From positions 9,424,001 through 9,488,000 of the forward strand of contig CM060732.1 in assembly GCA_030704615.1 (NCBI GenBank): a DNA stretch of 64,000 nucleotides, in the 5' to 3' direction. The notes under the pieces were generated by a model, which was given only the letters and a program-made list of their open reading frames with translations, did no database searches and had not been told where the DNA came from. The DNA comes from Takakia lepidozioides (taxonomy: Eukaryota > Plantae > Bryophyta). This document shows, piece by piece, positions 13,788 through 27,242 of this stretch. A program made the translations under genes and the position numbers. The first letter of the stretch is position 1; every line of letters begins with the position of its first letter.

Positions 13788-14214
13788 ACAAGAAGACCTT
13801 GTTTGGAATAACTGCAGGAAAGCTTATAATGCGTATAGCATGAAAGTGTGATTAGCACAGAATGGAATAGGCAAGTGGGTGTAAGCCTGCGGGGCTTGCA
13901 AATAGTTTGAGAGAGAAAGTACTTTCGACATGCCCTTCCTTGCGCCACTGCGTAAGAAGTAGAGCTAGTGTATAGTCCGTGATATCCGTCATAGCTACAA
14001 AGCTATAGCTTTGATTGCCCCTCCTGTCGAGACACTGGTTATCCGGAATAACACCTATTCTTCCGCTCATAATCTTCTTAATTTCTTGTTCTTGTTCTTT
14101 GAATGGAGTCTCTTGTACAAAATTCACGTTGCTGATTGGTCGTTGCCTCATTATGAGCATACTCCAACTTCAGTATACAAGGTACCGGCCTCTTCTCTTC
14201 AAGGGAAGGTGGCT

Positions 14215-14455
14215 CCAACCACCGCAATTGCCTCACCCCATGGAGATCCGAGACCATGATAGATACGTCTTCCTCTTGGCCGAGCATGCACAACCATCTT
14301 CCAATTCCCCCCTCTTGTTTTGTCATCGGAGAAGAAAACTTGCTCCATGTCTGAAGGCCGTGAAAAAGGCTCATCGGAGGGACGATGAGTAGGGTTGAGC
14401 CTATCTGCATTGACGCGCATGAAACCACAATCATCTTGCACTAGTGTTGCGAGGG
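14215..14455 (-). pseudogene. CACTA transposase C-terminal (DUF4216-like) fragment
   Basis: TLVQDDCGFMRVN...DEPFSRPSDMEQVFFSDDKTRGGNWKMVVHARPR. Near-identical inverted copy at ~24265-24405. Confidence 0.75.
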
Positions 14456-14459
14456 CCCC

Positions 14460-16012
14460 AGAGCAAAACACAAAAAAAAAAACCCCTTGCACGAGCTGCG
14501 TTTTGACAGCCGTAGGGGGGTTGGGCGGGTACCTGTGCGCAAGCAAGAGGGGGCGAAGAATCAAGCAAGCGAGGGGGCGAAGAAACACAAAAGAAAAAAA
14601 AACAGCCCCCGGGGGCAGAATTACTCACCTGCAGCGAGCAGGTAAGAGCTGCAGGGGGGTTGGGCGCCTTTTTGCAAGCGAGCAAGCAACAGGGGGCGAA
14701 GAAACACAAAAGAAAAAAAAAACAGCCCCCGGGGGCAGAAGTACTCACCTGCACGAGCAGGTGAGAGCCTCCATGATACAATGTTGGTCTTGTATATGAA
14801 ACACGAGATAGAACACAACACATAATGCAAACAATATGGAACAGTTTGGGTAAAATAATGCTCACGCTTAAAGCTCCAAAAGGGATTCATGGGTCCCTCA
14901 TTTTATCTGGGTTTGTCTCCCAGGATGATCCATGGAACACCTTTCCCCAAAAAGGAACTTAGGATGTGGCCGGAATGGAGATTCATGGTGAATTAAAGGA
15001 GAATTCCATATCAGAGTTTGGATTTGAAATAAGGTCATTAACATTCCTCTTACAATGCCGCAGGTGGTTGTGAGAAGCTGCCGCTTACGAAAATTCAAGG
15101 TGGAAGTTGGAGAAGGTTGGGATCTCAACAAAATATTTTTTGGGAGCCTGAAGACTTTTAAGGCAGAGGAGGGCATGGACTATTCCCAGCGGGACCACCG
15201 TCTAGTGTCAAATCTATACGAATGGAGGTTGAACTTAAAGACAGGTTTGTTCCACAATCTTGGCCCAATTTCCTCCATCTCTTAGTCTCATACTGACTGC
15301 ACTTAGTTTGCTTCTGTCTTCTTACGGGTCCTTCATTCCATATTCATGTTTTTGAATAGGCCAGCTGGACGTAGATATGAATCGATCAAATCTGTCAGTC
15401 ATTTGTCTCTCTCTCGTAGACCTACCGTGCAGTGCAATTGGCAGCACAATTACTTCAATCACAATCACAATCACTCGGGTGTTGGAAGTAAAGGCTAGAG
15501 TAGCAGGGCTGGAATCAGGATCATGGGATTTTCTACGCCAGCCATTCCTATTGTCGTAGGAGCAGGCCCTATTGTTCCCACTGTGACATATGCCATATCA
15601 AGATGCAGCCCTGGTATGTACGTGTACACGATACTTTAATGGGATGGTATGCATGTCTCTCTTTGTCCTGATCTGTTGGTATAGCAGCTTGAACGAACTA
15701 GTCTATTTTAGTACAGGCGTAAGTCCAAAATTCTAAGCACAACATAGTTCTGCTGCAATCATGCAAGTGCGGTGTCTGAGAGAATATTGAGTGAGGAATT
15801 CCAAAAGTCCGTGGAGTCTCCTGTCTTTCATTTACAAGTGCAGTTCAGCTGCGTTGCTATATTATGTACATATCACGGGCGTGCCATCACATTACTCGCT
15901 GATAAAACAATTATGCCCACGTCTTTGAAGAAGAATTTGTGAACATTGCTCAATGTTCAAGAATTTGTGAGTTCATTACTCAAGATTATGTAAATACGAA
16001 ATTTTTCATCCG

Positions 16013-16045
<33 letters not shown>

Positions 16046-16500
16046 TGCAAGCTACGTTTTCACAGCCGCAGGGGGGTTGGGGGGCTCACTGCACCCAAAG
16101 TAGGGCTCGGGCGCGTAGGGAAGCAAGCAGGCGGGGGGTGGGAGCTTGGGGGCGAATTAACACAAAAGAAAAAAAAAACAGCCCCCGGGGGCATAATTGC
16201 TCACCTGCAGCGAGTAGGTGACAGACGCAGGGGGGTTGGGGTTGTTTGGTTTTCTGCACGCAAGCAAGCAACAGGGGGCGAAGGGAAGCAAGCAGGCGGG
16301 GGGGGGGGGGGGGGGGGGGGGTTACGAATTCACAAAACAAAAAAAGAAGGGCCCCCTCTACTGCAGGGGCAGATCTCACCTGGAGCGACGGCATTGTGGA
16401 GGCGCCTTTTGGTGGAGAGGTAGGGCTCGGGCGCGGAGGAACCCAGCTGCTGCAGCCTGGTGCAATTCCAAGCGAGGGGGAGATCGACTAATCGCCGCGT
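14460..16500. repeat. Two related clusters (14460-14770, 16040-16500) of a ~120-bp repeat
   Basis: Unit AAGCAAGC.AGGGGGCGAAGAAACACAAAAG(A)nCAGCCCCCGGGGGCAGAA.TACTCACCTGCA repeats in both clusters; the sequence between them is unique. Confidence 0.65.
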
Positions 16501-16765
16501 TGAAGCTCCACCAACGACGCGCGCATATGCGCACTGGTAGGTCTCTCTCTCCCCTCACAAGATTCCTACTAGGGGGAGAGAGTGCATGAGAGAGAGAGGG
16601 TACAGAGGGAGAGAGTGTCGAGGACACTTTGAGACAGAGAGAAAGGGGAGAGAGAGACAGAGAGGGGATGAATGTTGCCCATGTCCGACGGACATGGGCA
16701 TATATTCATCGATTTTAGCACGCAATGGATGATTATCATCCAATGCGAGATATGAATTTCAAAAA

Positions 16766-17350
16766 TTGCGTCGCTTTTGGGGTTGGGTTTTATATTGTTT
16801 TAATTCAAGCGACAAAAAATCTGTCGTTTGTTCTTACTTTGATTTTTTTTTCTTAAAAACGTTGCAGTTCTACTGCGACGCCCAGGGGGACGCTAAGCGA
16901 CGCATTTTTTACAGCGACGCCTTTGGGGTTTTTTTTGGGGGTGGGGGGGGGGGGGCAGCAGGGGGCGCCTTACGACGCCAAAAGCGTCGCAGTTTTGCTG
17001 CGACTTCGAGAGCGTGGGGTTTTTTTTTTGTGTGTGGGGGGGAGGGGAAGGGGGGGGGGGGCAGGAGGGCACATTATGCCGCCAAAAGCGTCGCAGGTTA
17101 CTACGACGCACATGGCGTCGCATTTTGGAGGTTTATTGTTTTTGGGGGGGGACGTTGCTTAAGCGACACATTGGGGGTCGCTTGGCAAGCAGGGTGTGTT
17201 TTTTGTTTTTTTCCCTCCTTTTTTCTGTCACTCAAACTAGGGTTCCACCTCGATTCAAGATGTCTTCATAATTCCACTCAACAGAAGATCATAAATATTA
17301 CAGAGGGGTCTCTTTGACTATGATATTTTGTGTTTTTTTTAAATACGTCG
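16766..17350. repeat. CACTA-type subterminal short repeats (GCGACG/CGTCGC)
   Basis: More than 10 copies in both orientations just upstream of the CACTA gene. Confidence 0.55.
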
Positions 17351-17415
17351 CATTGAACATTAACCCGGGGTTGCAGCTCTAAAATTTATTTTTTATTATT
17401 TTTTTGTATGAAATA

Positions 17416-20059
17416 GGTGATGGTGCGGTCACGTCCCCATCAGTACAGGAGGATGATTTCCGGAACGTTATGCAGCTATACACCCACCCAACCCAGGTTC
17501 GAACAATGGTGTGGTTGACATACCTCCACGAGCACCTCGGCGCCGTAGACTCGATGATGTGCCAATTGTACCACATGTGCCTGAACAAGCCCCCGGGCAT
17601 CCCTTCCGCTTCCTTTGCCGCCTCGAGGCCCTAGGCCTCCAGGTCCAGAGCCACGAGGCCCCAATCGGCCCACATTCGAGGAACCCCCGCCGAAGGAGTG
17701 TTGGTGCAAGAAGTGTTGGGCACTGACACTACCGGGGTTTCGACCAGTCATGCGTCAGGCATACATTGTTGAGGACCACTACAAGAGAAATGGGCTTGCG
17801 GATGCGGCAAGGGTGAGTCTCTAAGAACCCATCATACTAACATTAATACTTTAGGGTTGTTCTAGTGTTTTGTAAATGTGACACAAGTTCAGTTAACTTA
17901 AATCTCTTGGGTAGGAACACAAATGGCTAATTATTAAATCATGTAAATGTACGTGCAGCCACGAGTCTTTGTCCAGGCGTGCAACCTCATTGCATCACAA
18001 GCATATGAGATGGGCCTTGCTTCAGAGTTGGAGGTCCATCCTGTGCCGGATGTGACCGTGTTTTTCCCTCAAGATGAGGCAGATAGAATCCGTGAGAAGA
18101 ATAGCTATGGATAGGCGTACAACCGGTTTGGTAGCCGGGCCGGACCACGGCCACCAACATCGACATCTCGGCCTCCCGGCCTTGTACCTGATCCACCACC
18201 GGCCTACGTTCCTACATGTCCTCCCGAGCTTGTACCTGCTCCACTATCTCTTGTTCCATGTCCACCATATGCTCCTCTTCTATCTGATCCACCCCTCCCG
18301 GCCTTGTACATGCTCCACCATCTCTTTTCCTTGTACCTGATCCACCACCATCCGACGTTCCCACATCTCATCCCGGCCTTGTATTTGCTCCACCATCTGA
18401 TCCTCATCCATGTCCACCCTCTCCTCCCTGTGTGCCTGATCCAGTACTACCAGTGGTACTCAACGCTCCCACATCTCTTCCCCTTGTACTTTCTTCCGTA
18501 CCTCATGATCCATTCCCACCATCTCTTCCCATTCCACCACCTCCAGTTGTAACTTCTACACCCCCACCTTCGGTAGTACCCCACCTTCGGTAGTATCCCA
18601 CCCTCCCATCCCGCAGAGCCATGGTGGGACTACAGGACGTCATGCACCTCATACTCCCAGACAATGTAAGGCCCGTCCTGCACTTGAGCTTCATCGGGCC
18701 GAGGATGCAAACATCCGGGACTAGAACGATAGAAGGTTGCTCATGAGATCAATCAAGCCCCGCTTGTGGATGACCTCCCTTAGCCCTCCTACTCCTATTC
18801 CTGAGAATGAGCCATTCGTTAATTGGGGTAGACGCTATTGTGTAAGACCCCAACTAACCCGCCATGGTGTGGGCTCTTTGCGGTGAATGACATCCCAGTT
18901 CGCCGTGGAAGAGATCGGATAGTGGACTTGTTTCCCTATTTTGGTCCCTACTACACCTCAACTGAGTGGGGGACATTGCGTCGGGTGGCCCCTTACATAC
19001 GCCTTTTGTTTGAGTGTGAATGATATTCACGTACAAGAGCGGGATAGTTGAGTCCCTCGGAGAGAATTTATTGTGATGCGACCCGATGTCTTCGACAAGT
19101 TGCCATGGGCTCATCAATAGTTCCAATTGGTGACTCTAGACAAACCATGTATTATGGGATGAGCAACATGATGGGGATAAGATAGACAGTGCCTTCGATA
19201 TCCACATTTGTCATGACATGTGCATGTAGGACAATTAGGGCCGGATCCGAGTTGTTTGCCTCATATGAGTTCTCTGAGGAGGCATGGAACCTTAGGGGAA
19301 CCATCAGTGGGATGTGTTCTGGAGACATGTTAGAAAACAATCGGTAGGGATTCACAAAAGAACCATGTTGGGTGTGTTTGCAACTTGTCATGCGTTTATA
19401 TACATATTTTTTTACGATCAACATGGTGTCGACATTGTGATAATTGCATGCCACTTCTCAATTGGCATATCAAAAATTATATACAATATTCATAACATGA
19501 ATCATCGTCGTCATTGCTTGAGCATTCCATATTTACTCTCATCCTTAAAAATAATGAAATCTTGGGCCTAATCTCTTAATGGCTGAAAGAAAAGTACCAA
19601 CACCACTAACATGTATTTGAATAATAGAACATTGTATTTACTGAAAAATTGTTTTGGTCTTCTAATTAGGTGCATGCACCAGAAGTGTATGCATCGAGGC
19701 ACCAGCCATCTCATACCGGCGTTGAGGCAGAGAATGTTGACTATGGCGAGGAGGACCATGAGATGAATGAGGGTGCGCCCCACTTGCATATTCCCGAAGA
19801 CATTGCAAGGGATGTTCCCAATGTTGAGGATGGTTTGGACCTTGATGAGGTCAGAGCCATGGAAGATCTTGTAATGAACCATTTGCGTGTCGAGGGACAA
19901 CACATTGGGGATCATCACGATACGTCCACGGTGGATGGAGAAGATCCGGGTCCAAGTGCAATGGAGGATGAGGCCAACACACCATTGTACAAAGGGGCGA
20001 AAGTCAGCAAGCTTTCCACCATATTGTTATTGCTTAATTTGCAAACCAGGTTTGGCATA
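17416..20059 (+). pseudogene. CACTA (En/Spm) transposase 5' exons
   Basis: ECWCKKC...IVEDHYKRNG (transposase-associated-domain-like), Pro-rich repeats at ~18130-18430, and EDEANTPLYKGAKVSKLSTILLLLNLQTRFG. Ends abruptly at copy E. Confidence 0.7.
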
Positions 20060-20580
20060 TGGCTGGCCCTGAACTGGAAATTCGGCGCCATTTTTCCAGT
20101 TCTAGGCCCTATTACCGTTTGGGACTTAGCCATTTTCGGCGGGAAATGGGAAAATGGCGCCGAATTTCCAGTTCAGGGCTCCGAAAATGGCTGGCCCTGA
20201 ACTGGAAATTCGGCGCCATTTTTCCAATTCTAGGCCCTATTACCGTTCTGGGACTTGGGCATTTTCGGGCCGGACCAGGGAAATTGGCACCGAATTTCCA
20301 GTTTAGGGCTCCGAAAATGGCTAAGTCCCTAGGGTGGCTGGCACAAAAAACCGAAATTCGGCGCCATTTTTCGAGTTTTAGGCCCTGGCAGTTTTGGAAC
20401 TTGGCCATTTTCGGGCCAAACCGGGAAAAATGGCGCCGAATTTCCAGTTCTGGGCTCCCAAGATGGCTAAGTCCCTAGGGTGGCAGTCACCGGAAACCGA
20501 AATTTGGCGCCATTTTTCCATATCTAGGCCCAGTCAGATCCGCCCCAACCTGGGAAAATTGTGCCGAATTTGTAGTTCAG
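20060..20580. repeat. Intronic palindrome array GGAAATTCGGCGCC type (copy E)
   Basis: About 8 palindromes plus GGGACTTAGCC/GGCTAAGTCCC motifs, ending before the CAG splice acceptor at ~20609. Confidence 0.85.
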
Positions 20581-20607
20581 GGACCTCATTGTGTTTTTCA
20601 TGAATGC

Positions 20608-22916
20608 AGGTACTGCAAGTTCTCCCTTTTGGAGAAAGATCATCTGTCTTTCGAGCCACCATTCTTCTGGCATGGAGGAACCCTGGGGCTGACTCCATGT
20701 ACACTGACGATATTGTGAAGGAGTGGCATCTGGAACATTTGCGTGATTGCCCTTGGTATGTGACCTTCCGCCCGGCTCGCTCGACCCATCCGAGTTTCAA
20801 TTGAAGCTGGATGCTGAGGCCCGACGAAACCGGGCTCCGCTGCCTCCGCTGGCTGCAAAAGAGGCAAAAGTGCTTGTGAACTCCAGGAAAGCGGCAGAGC
20901 TTGCTCAGGCAGGAATTCAGGAGAAATTGAATGAGAAGAATAAAGGCCAAAGGAAAAGGACAAGGAAACAGGTGAGTACAGTACACCCAAAAAACAGAAA
21001 ACCATGGGGCATCGGAGGAGGCGCAAGAGGGGACCCAAGGGAGTGACTCGGACGACGACTTTGTTCAAGGTCCTGCGACTGCTGTTGCTGCTACCAAGTC
21101 ACCGGTCGTCCGGGTTCCAAGTCAGTTCGGAGTGGGACTGGCTCTGCCAAGAAGTTGGCATTGAGGGCGAGCCTACACGGCGGTATACGGCGGTATTCGG
21201 CGGTGACGTTTACGCACAGGCCAAAGCTAGAACCTCCAACCATCATCCAATGCGTCAATGAGAGCTTCCTTGACGCTCTCGCTGCCAGGGCGACGAAGGT
21301 GGCTCTTCACGGCTGTGAGCACGGATTGCAAGAGCACTCGGGGGGTGGGGGGGGGGGGGGGGGGGGGTTGAGGTGGAGGGGGGGGGGGGGCTGGGGGGGG
21401 GGGGGGGGGTTGAGGTGGTGGAGAGAGCTGCGATATGATTCTCCTCGACATTCAGATGGGAGCTGCTGGAGGCCTGGATGGTGTGCCCACCTGGAAACAG
21501 TTACTGAGGACTACTGGAACGGGGGTTGGGCTGGCGGGGATGCCTCCTGGAGGCACGGTGGATGTGTGGTTGTCCTTGCCCCCACAGAGGGAAGACCACA
21601 GGAATGCGGTGGCAAGATGGACAACGAAAAAGTGTACACCCGGTCCTCCTCAGAAAATGGTTTTGCATCAATACAAAGGGGTTGCGAACAGAGGGCCAAA
21701 GTGTAAGTTATCAATCTATTGCATTCACCTCATATCGTGGTGTATCTAAACTGATCCCGGAGTTGATCCTCTTTTGTTGGATGTGCAGACATTGGTTGTT
21801 TGAGGCATATTGCTTTGTGAAGAGAGGGTCTACGTTCAAATTCCGCACGACGGTCGTCTTGTTGATGCCGCTATGGACCCTGTTACCTACGATGTCCTCT
21901 ACAACGTATGGCCCACTCCAGTATGCCGAAGGACACAAAAGAAGGCAAACCGTGGCGGTACAGCCGGACCGGAGCCCTGCTTTCCCAAAACCCTCATGGA
22001 GACGTGCTCGGATGTCCAAGGGGGATTCTGGACTTCACATGCGGCACGGGTAAGCCTTCACGTGCTCAGTTTGTCCCCTGGCCCGATTGCAATTGCATGC
22101 CGCAAGCTATTAACCGCCCGCTTTGTTCCTCAGGTGCTTCAATGTGGGCAGGGACGTTGTCCGACAGGCATGTGTTCGCCTTCGAGCCAGATACTGCCCT
22201 CCACAACTCGGAACTTGCAGCGGCTGAACGTCTGCCAAAGAGGAAGAGGCATCCTCGGAGGATGAGGAAAATCCGAGAAGGAGTAGGGGGAGGAACAAGT
22301 TGGATCGAGGCCGAGGAGCTCCCGGTGTACGAGTGAGTGGTCGCATTGTAAGTTGCCTCCAGATTTCGTGAGGCACCTCCCTTCGCTCTCTTATTTCATT
22401 GAAAACCATTTCTGCTTCTGCTGGTATTGACATTCTTGAAGTGGATTTGTTCTTACTGTAGGATGCCAAGTACGGCAGGAGGGACGTCTACACTGGAGTT
22501 CATGGGCAGGAGGAATGTGCCTTTTTTTGCCAGGGGGGATTTCATGCCTAGTCCAGAAAGGGAGTACATCCTTCCTACTTATGCTGCCCGGCTTGCTTCG
22601 GTGTCCATTAGGAGGTGTTCCGAACTAGTCGTGTACAGCAGATTTTAGACGAGGCAAGCCTCAGAAAATGAAGATGAGGGAGGAGGCAGCAGCTATTAGA
22701 GCCCGTCGGGCTCGTAGATTTGTCTTGGATTCTGCTGAGGAAAGTGGGGGAGAAGAGGAAGAAGATTCCCAGGAGGTGAGGTGGACAGTCCCCCAAGGAG
22801 AGGACGGCATTTTTGAGAGGCATACTGCAACCGATGCATCACAGAGCTCGGAGGATGGGGGGGATGAGGGGGGTGAAGAAGGAGGGCCAAGTTCCTCGGA
22901 AGGTGTAGGAGAGTAG
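20608..22916 (+). pseudogene. 3' exons of the ParB-MTase cargo gene (copy E)
   Basis: CDMILLDI at ~21429 (frameshifted at the motif), ILDFTCGTG at ~22025, ASMWAGTLSDRHVFAFEPD, then an acidic tail. Confidence 0.8.
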
Positions 22917-23126
22917 TTCCCATTCCTACTATGACAGTTAGGACACACTTGTATAGACGTGGCTTGCCACAAAATTTGCAATAAAATGTTGCATTTCATT
23001 GCTATGACGAGTCCACATGACCCTATTTCCGTGCCTCCTAACCCTATTTCCGTGGACAGACAATGGCCCGCTCATGTTTTTTTTTCCCGCTCATGCTCAT
23101 GCCGCTCATGAAATAGCAGCCCCCAA

Positions 23127-24754
23127 GTGGCCGAGATAGCAAAGCGCCTCGAAGAAGTCAAGCCGGGTGAGGGCTTCTACCCTGATACGCATTTGGGGGG
23201 GGGGGAGGAGGAGGTATGGGCCGGTTTGGAGCGGCCTAGCCGATCAGCGACGCCGCCCCTTGAGCCTGAGCGGTCAGCAAAGAAGGGCCTGGACTACGGG
23301 GCGCCGCCGCCGGCTATGCTCCACATCTGGAATCTACTTCCAGTGGCGCTCCGGGAGGGGATAGCGCGGGCACATCCGGCAACGGGGACTCCTGCCACAT
23401 CGGGTGACACCGGGAGCGAGTCAGACAAGCTTGCAAAGGTACAACTGTCGCACCTTGTTCCATGTTTTATCCTTTCCTTTGCATACATGATTTTCTTTGT
23501 TGTTTGTTTCTTTTTTTGAATTTGGAGGGGTTATTTGTCTTCAGGAGGCAGCAACATGGCTGGCCTCATTGGTGCAGTCCGGTGGGGTTTCCAATGAGGA
23601 AGAGCACGTGGTGTTCATGAAGGACTTGAAACCAAAGGTAAGAAGAAGAGGCCTCGACCTCCCGAGATCCCTTTTACCATCAATGAAGGGGTTGCCGAGG
23701 AGAGAGAGAGAAGGGAGAGGGAGAAAGAGAGAGAGGGAGTAGCGGGGAAGGGGAAGGAGATGGTCATGGAGAAGGGGAAGGAAAAGAAGAAGAAGAAGAA
23801 GAAGAAGTCCCATGGACAGGAAGGGGTGAGTGTGCATGCGGGGGAGGGCAGTGGGGTAACAAAGGAGCAGGGGAAGGAGGCTACAAAGAAGGGAGAGGGT
23901 GGGAAGAAGAACATGGCCTTGGCGATACAGGACGTGGAGTTGGCAAAGATCGTGGTGCCACCAGTGGAGGTGAATCGCCATGGTGACCCCTGCGGTGCAT
24001 TTTGGGAGGCTATGAAGAAGCCAGCCTTCGAACTCACAATGAAGTGGTTCCCTTTGCACATCGAGTGGGCTGATCAACACTTTGGCGCGAAGCGGGCGTA
24101 TGCCCGTGAGTTAGACCACCGGTTTCCGGGAAATTGGAGTGACATAAGGGTGATGGAGATGGTGGGGCGAAACTTGAAGGACAGGAGGTACCGTGCCAGA
24201 CAGATCATTTGGAGGGCAATGGAAAAGGGGGCCATACCCAAACCACCTTATGGAATTACACAGGTCGGCCTTCAGACATGGAGCAAGTTTTCTTCTCCGA
24301 TGACAAAACAAGAGGGGGGAATTGGAAGGTGGTTGTGCATGCTCAGCCAAGAGGAAGACGTATCTATCATGGTCTCAGATCTCCATGGGGTGAGGCAATT
24401 GCGGTGGACGGAGAGACTGGTCATAATGAGGCTGATGATGGAGGTTGGGTAGAAGGGGTAGAAGAGGATGATGACGCCCCGGACAATGCATCCCGGACCC
24501 TATATGATGAAGCTCCAGAAGATACGGATGTTGGAGAAGGAGACGAAGACACGGCCATTGACAATGAGGTGGAGGATGATTCAGAGGTGCCTTTTGAGGG
24601 CCGGGTCATTTATGACGATGACTCCGATGACCAAGAAGACTTACAGCTTGATGAGGATGAAGAAGCTCCGGATGATGATGTTCAAGTTAATGAGACACAA
24701 AATCAAAGCTACATAATAATTCTCGCACCGAACTGTACCCATCCCTTCGATTGA
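23127..24754 (+). pseudogene. CACTA second-ORF-like fragment joined to the transposase DUF4216-like end
   Basis: EVNRHGDPCG...RNLKDRRYRAR...PKPPYG, then at ~24265 PSDMEQVFFSDDKTRGGNWKVVVHAQPR and an acidic tail. Confidence 0.55.
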
Positions 24755-25049
24755 TTGTACATGTACATGCATATTGTAGCTTATTTCTATGATTGATCAA
24801 ATATGGCTGTGGCTGATAGTCTTTCAACAAAGAAGGCAGAGGCAATGAATATGTTGGAGCAACACATACAGATGTGGTATCAAGAGAATTATCAAAATAA
24901 ATGTCACAATCTACAAGAAGGTCCACAACAAAATCTAAACCATAAAGAAAAACAAAACCCTACCCCAGTACCATATAGGAAAAAAAAAAAAAAAAAAAAA
25001 CTAAGAACCCCCAAAGGCCCTAAACCTAAACCTAGAAAGCCCTGCCACC

Positions 25050-25946
25050 ACTGCCTGCGACCCCCACGCGTCGCAAACTGCGACGCGTTTTCTTGGATTT
25101 ATGAGGCCAGGGGTCGCAAATTGTGACCTGTTTTTTGTTTGAAAGAATAGGGTAGCCGGGCTGTTTGCGACGCCCGGCCGTCGCAGGGGCCTTTTGCCCT
25201 TCATGCCACCATGGGACGGCCTGGCGTCGCAAGAAAGGGCTGCGATGAAAGAAAGGGCAAGAAAGGGCTGTTTTTTTCGGCTTGCAACGATCGGCCGTCG
25301 CCAGAAAGGGCTGCCTTCTGCCCTTCATCCGCCCGTGCGACGGCCAGGCGCCTGGCCCCGGCGCCAGATGGTGACCCGCGGGGTTTGGTTGCGACGGCCT
25401 GGCGTCGCAAACAGGCTCCGCGGGGTTGGCGTCGCACGCTCGGCGCCGCGCGGGGTGTGGGGGCGCGGCTGGCGTCGCAAACCCCCCCCCCATTTGATGT
25501 AGTGCCACAACACCGCCCGATCTCCAGCCACGTGGTGGCCCCCGCTGTGGATCCCCTCACTGGGTTGATCCCCCGTCTAGTGCCGGAGTGATCCCCCACC
25601 CCCATCTCCAGCCATGTGGCGCTCCCCCGAACTGTTGATCCCCTCCCCATCCATCCAACTGCAATTAAATGGATGACGGCCAGATGAAGGCCCCATGACG
25701 CGTCCATCGCCACGTGGTGCTCCCTTCGCCGTCGATCCCCTCCTCCCATCCACGGCGCGCTCCCCTGAGACGTCGCCGCTCCCACAACATGCCTTGATCC
25801 CCCTTCCGGACCGGGAGTGATCCCCCAACCCTAATCGCCTGCCACGTGCGGCTCCCCCGAACCGTCGATTCCCTGTGCATCCATCCAACCTCACAAACAA
25901 TGGATGTTTGTGTGCCACGTGCCGCTCCCCCCGCCGTCGATCCCCT
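25050..25946. repeat. CACTA-type subterminal repeats (TGCGACG/CGTCGCA) followed by GC-rich GATCCCC repeats
   Basis: About 12 TGCGAC/GTCGCA motifs to 25480, then repeated CCACGTG...GCTCCCC...GATCCCC units. Confidence 0.55.
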
Positions 25947-27191
25947 TGTCAAGTTATTTTATCACTAGTGTGAAGTTAGCTAGGAAATAGCTAGCTTTTA
26001 CATATTGACATTTGGGATTGACCCAAGTATCAATCCAGGGGCCACTACATGTTTGGGCACTTGACGTTGTTATCTTCACGGCAGATCGTGGTAGGCTCAC
26101 ATTTCTCGAGTTGAGCCTCACCGCGTCTAGTTATGGCGCCGTAGTGTGGATTCCCCATGGCGTGGGGTGCACTTGGCTCGACTTAATATATGAGTGATGT
26201 TTTCATGTGCAAGTATGTGAGTGTGCTTGTATCATTATTTTTTTTATCACTCGAGAAAGATCAGCTCGAGTCTGTGAGTGCCAGGTTCGAGTTAGTTGTA
26301 GCACTTGTGTTTTCAGATCATGAGAAACGGTTCAGCCTAGAGTGCAGGGATCCGTGCATGAGCCTATCCAAAGCGGATAGAGTGCAAAGGCAAACAGGTT
26401 GCAGGTTTGCAAAGAGGTATGAGTGAAGAGAGGGGGCAGGTTCCTCTTGTGTACAAATCAGTGCACTTGTGAAACATGTGTTGAGTTGGAGTTTCAATCT
26501 GAAACTCAGTAGTATAAGGGCTCTTGGAGTGGCAAGAGCGGGGCTGGAAGGGCAGCAACGAGGCACCCTAGAGCCAGGGGATATGCATGAGAAGCGCAAG
26601 TGCACCAAGTTTGTAAAGGTGTGTATTTTCAGATTCATTTTTGTGAGCTTCATGAAGAAATGGAGCTTGTTGGGCAGCATATTGCTTGCTTGTTGAGTTA
26701 AGGGTGCCTCTGGTGGGTCGTGAGAACCCAAGAGAGCATGGCAACAGGTCTGGTGGCTCCGCAAAAGCCATAGCTCAGCGGCAGCAGGTGCAGGAGCAAA
26801 CCCCAGCTCGGGGAGAGCTCGGGAACGCGTGGGAACGTCTTGGGAGCGATCGGGAACGCATAGGAACTCGTGTGGAGTTCCTGGGAACGCAGGGAATTGT
26901 TGACCGTGAGCAGCATCGGGGTGCAGTTGGCTTGATTCCTGTTTCATTGAGTGAAATGCAAAGTTCAGCTTCTTGTCTGTTTTACATTCCATTTCTATTG
27001 TGACAGATTGGTTTGTGTATACACATGTGTTGTGTGGTTTGGAACCAAACCGTGGGGATGGCGGGCCGTGAAGGCTCGTGGCCATGGTACCACGGGGTAT
27101 CACGGGGCAGCCTGTGGCCAACGAGCGCCTAGGGCGGGCCGTGAGGAGTCGTGGCGGTTGGAGCCACGGAAGGCCGCGAACAGCCAGAGTG

Positions 27192-27242
<51 letters not shown>

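Larger units (their letters stand above)
20060..23124 (+). mobile_element. MULE family copy E: cargo-side half (intron array, MTase exons, terminus)
   Basis: Reverse-complement match to B 32519-36665 without B's duplication. Ends GCTCATGAAATAGCAGCCCCC at 23124. Confidence 0.85.

Noticed and set aside
2572-23124. One 20.5-kb element from terminus 2572 to terminus 23124
   Set aside because: Flanks differ (CTTCCCGT versus AAGTGGCC), the palindrome subfamilies differ, and a gap lies between.
14439-25970. CACTAGTG at 14439 and 25963 as CACTA termini
   Set aside because: The first lies inside transposase coding sequence (TLVQ) and the second inside the presumed LTR start. No matching TIR or 3-bp TSD.
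16013-27240. Long poly-A runs (16013, 24980, 27192) as LINE/SINE tails
   Set aside because: No TSDs or upstream LINE/SINE features, and homopolymer runs are common throughout the window.
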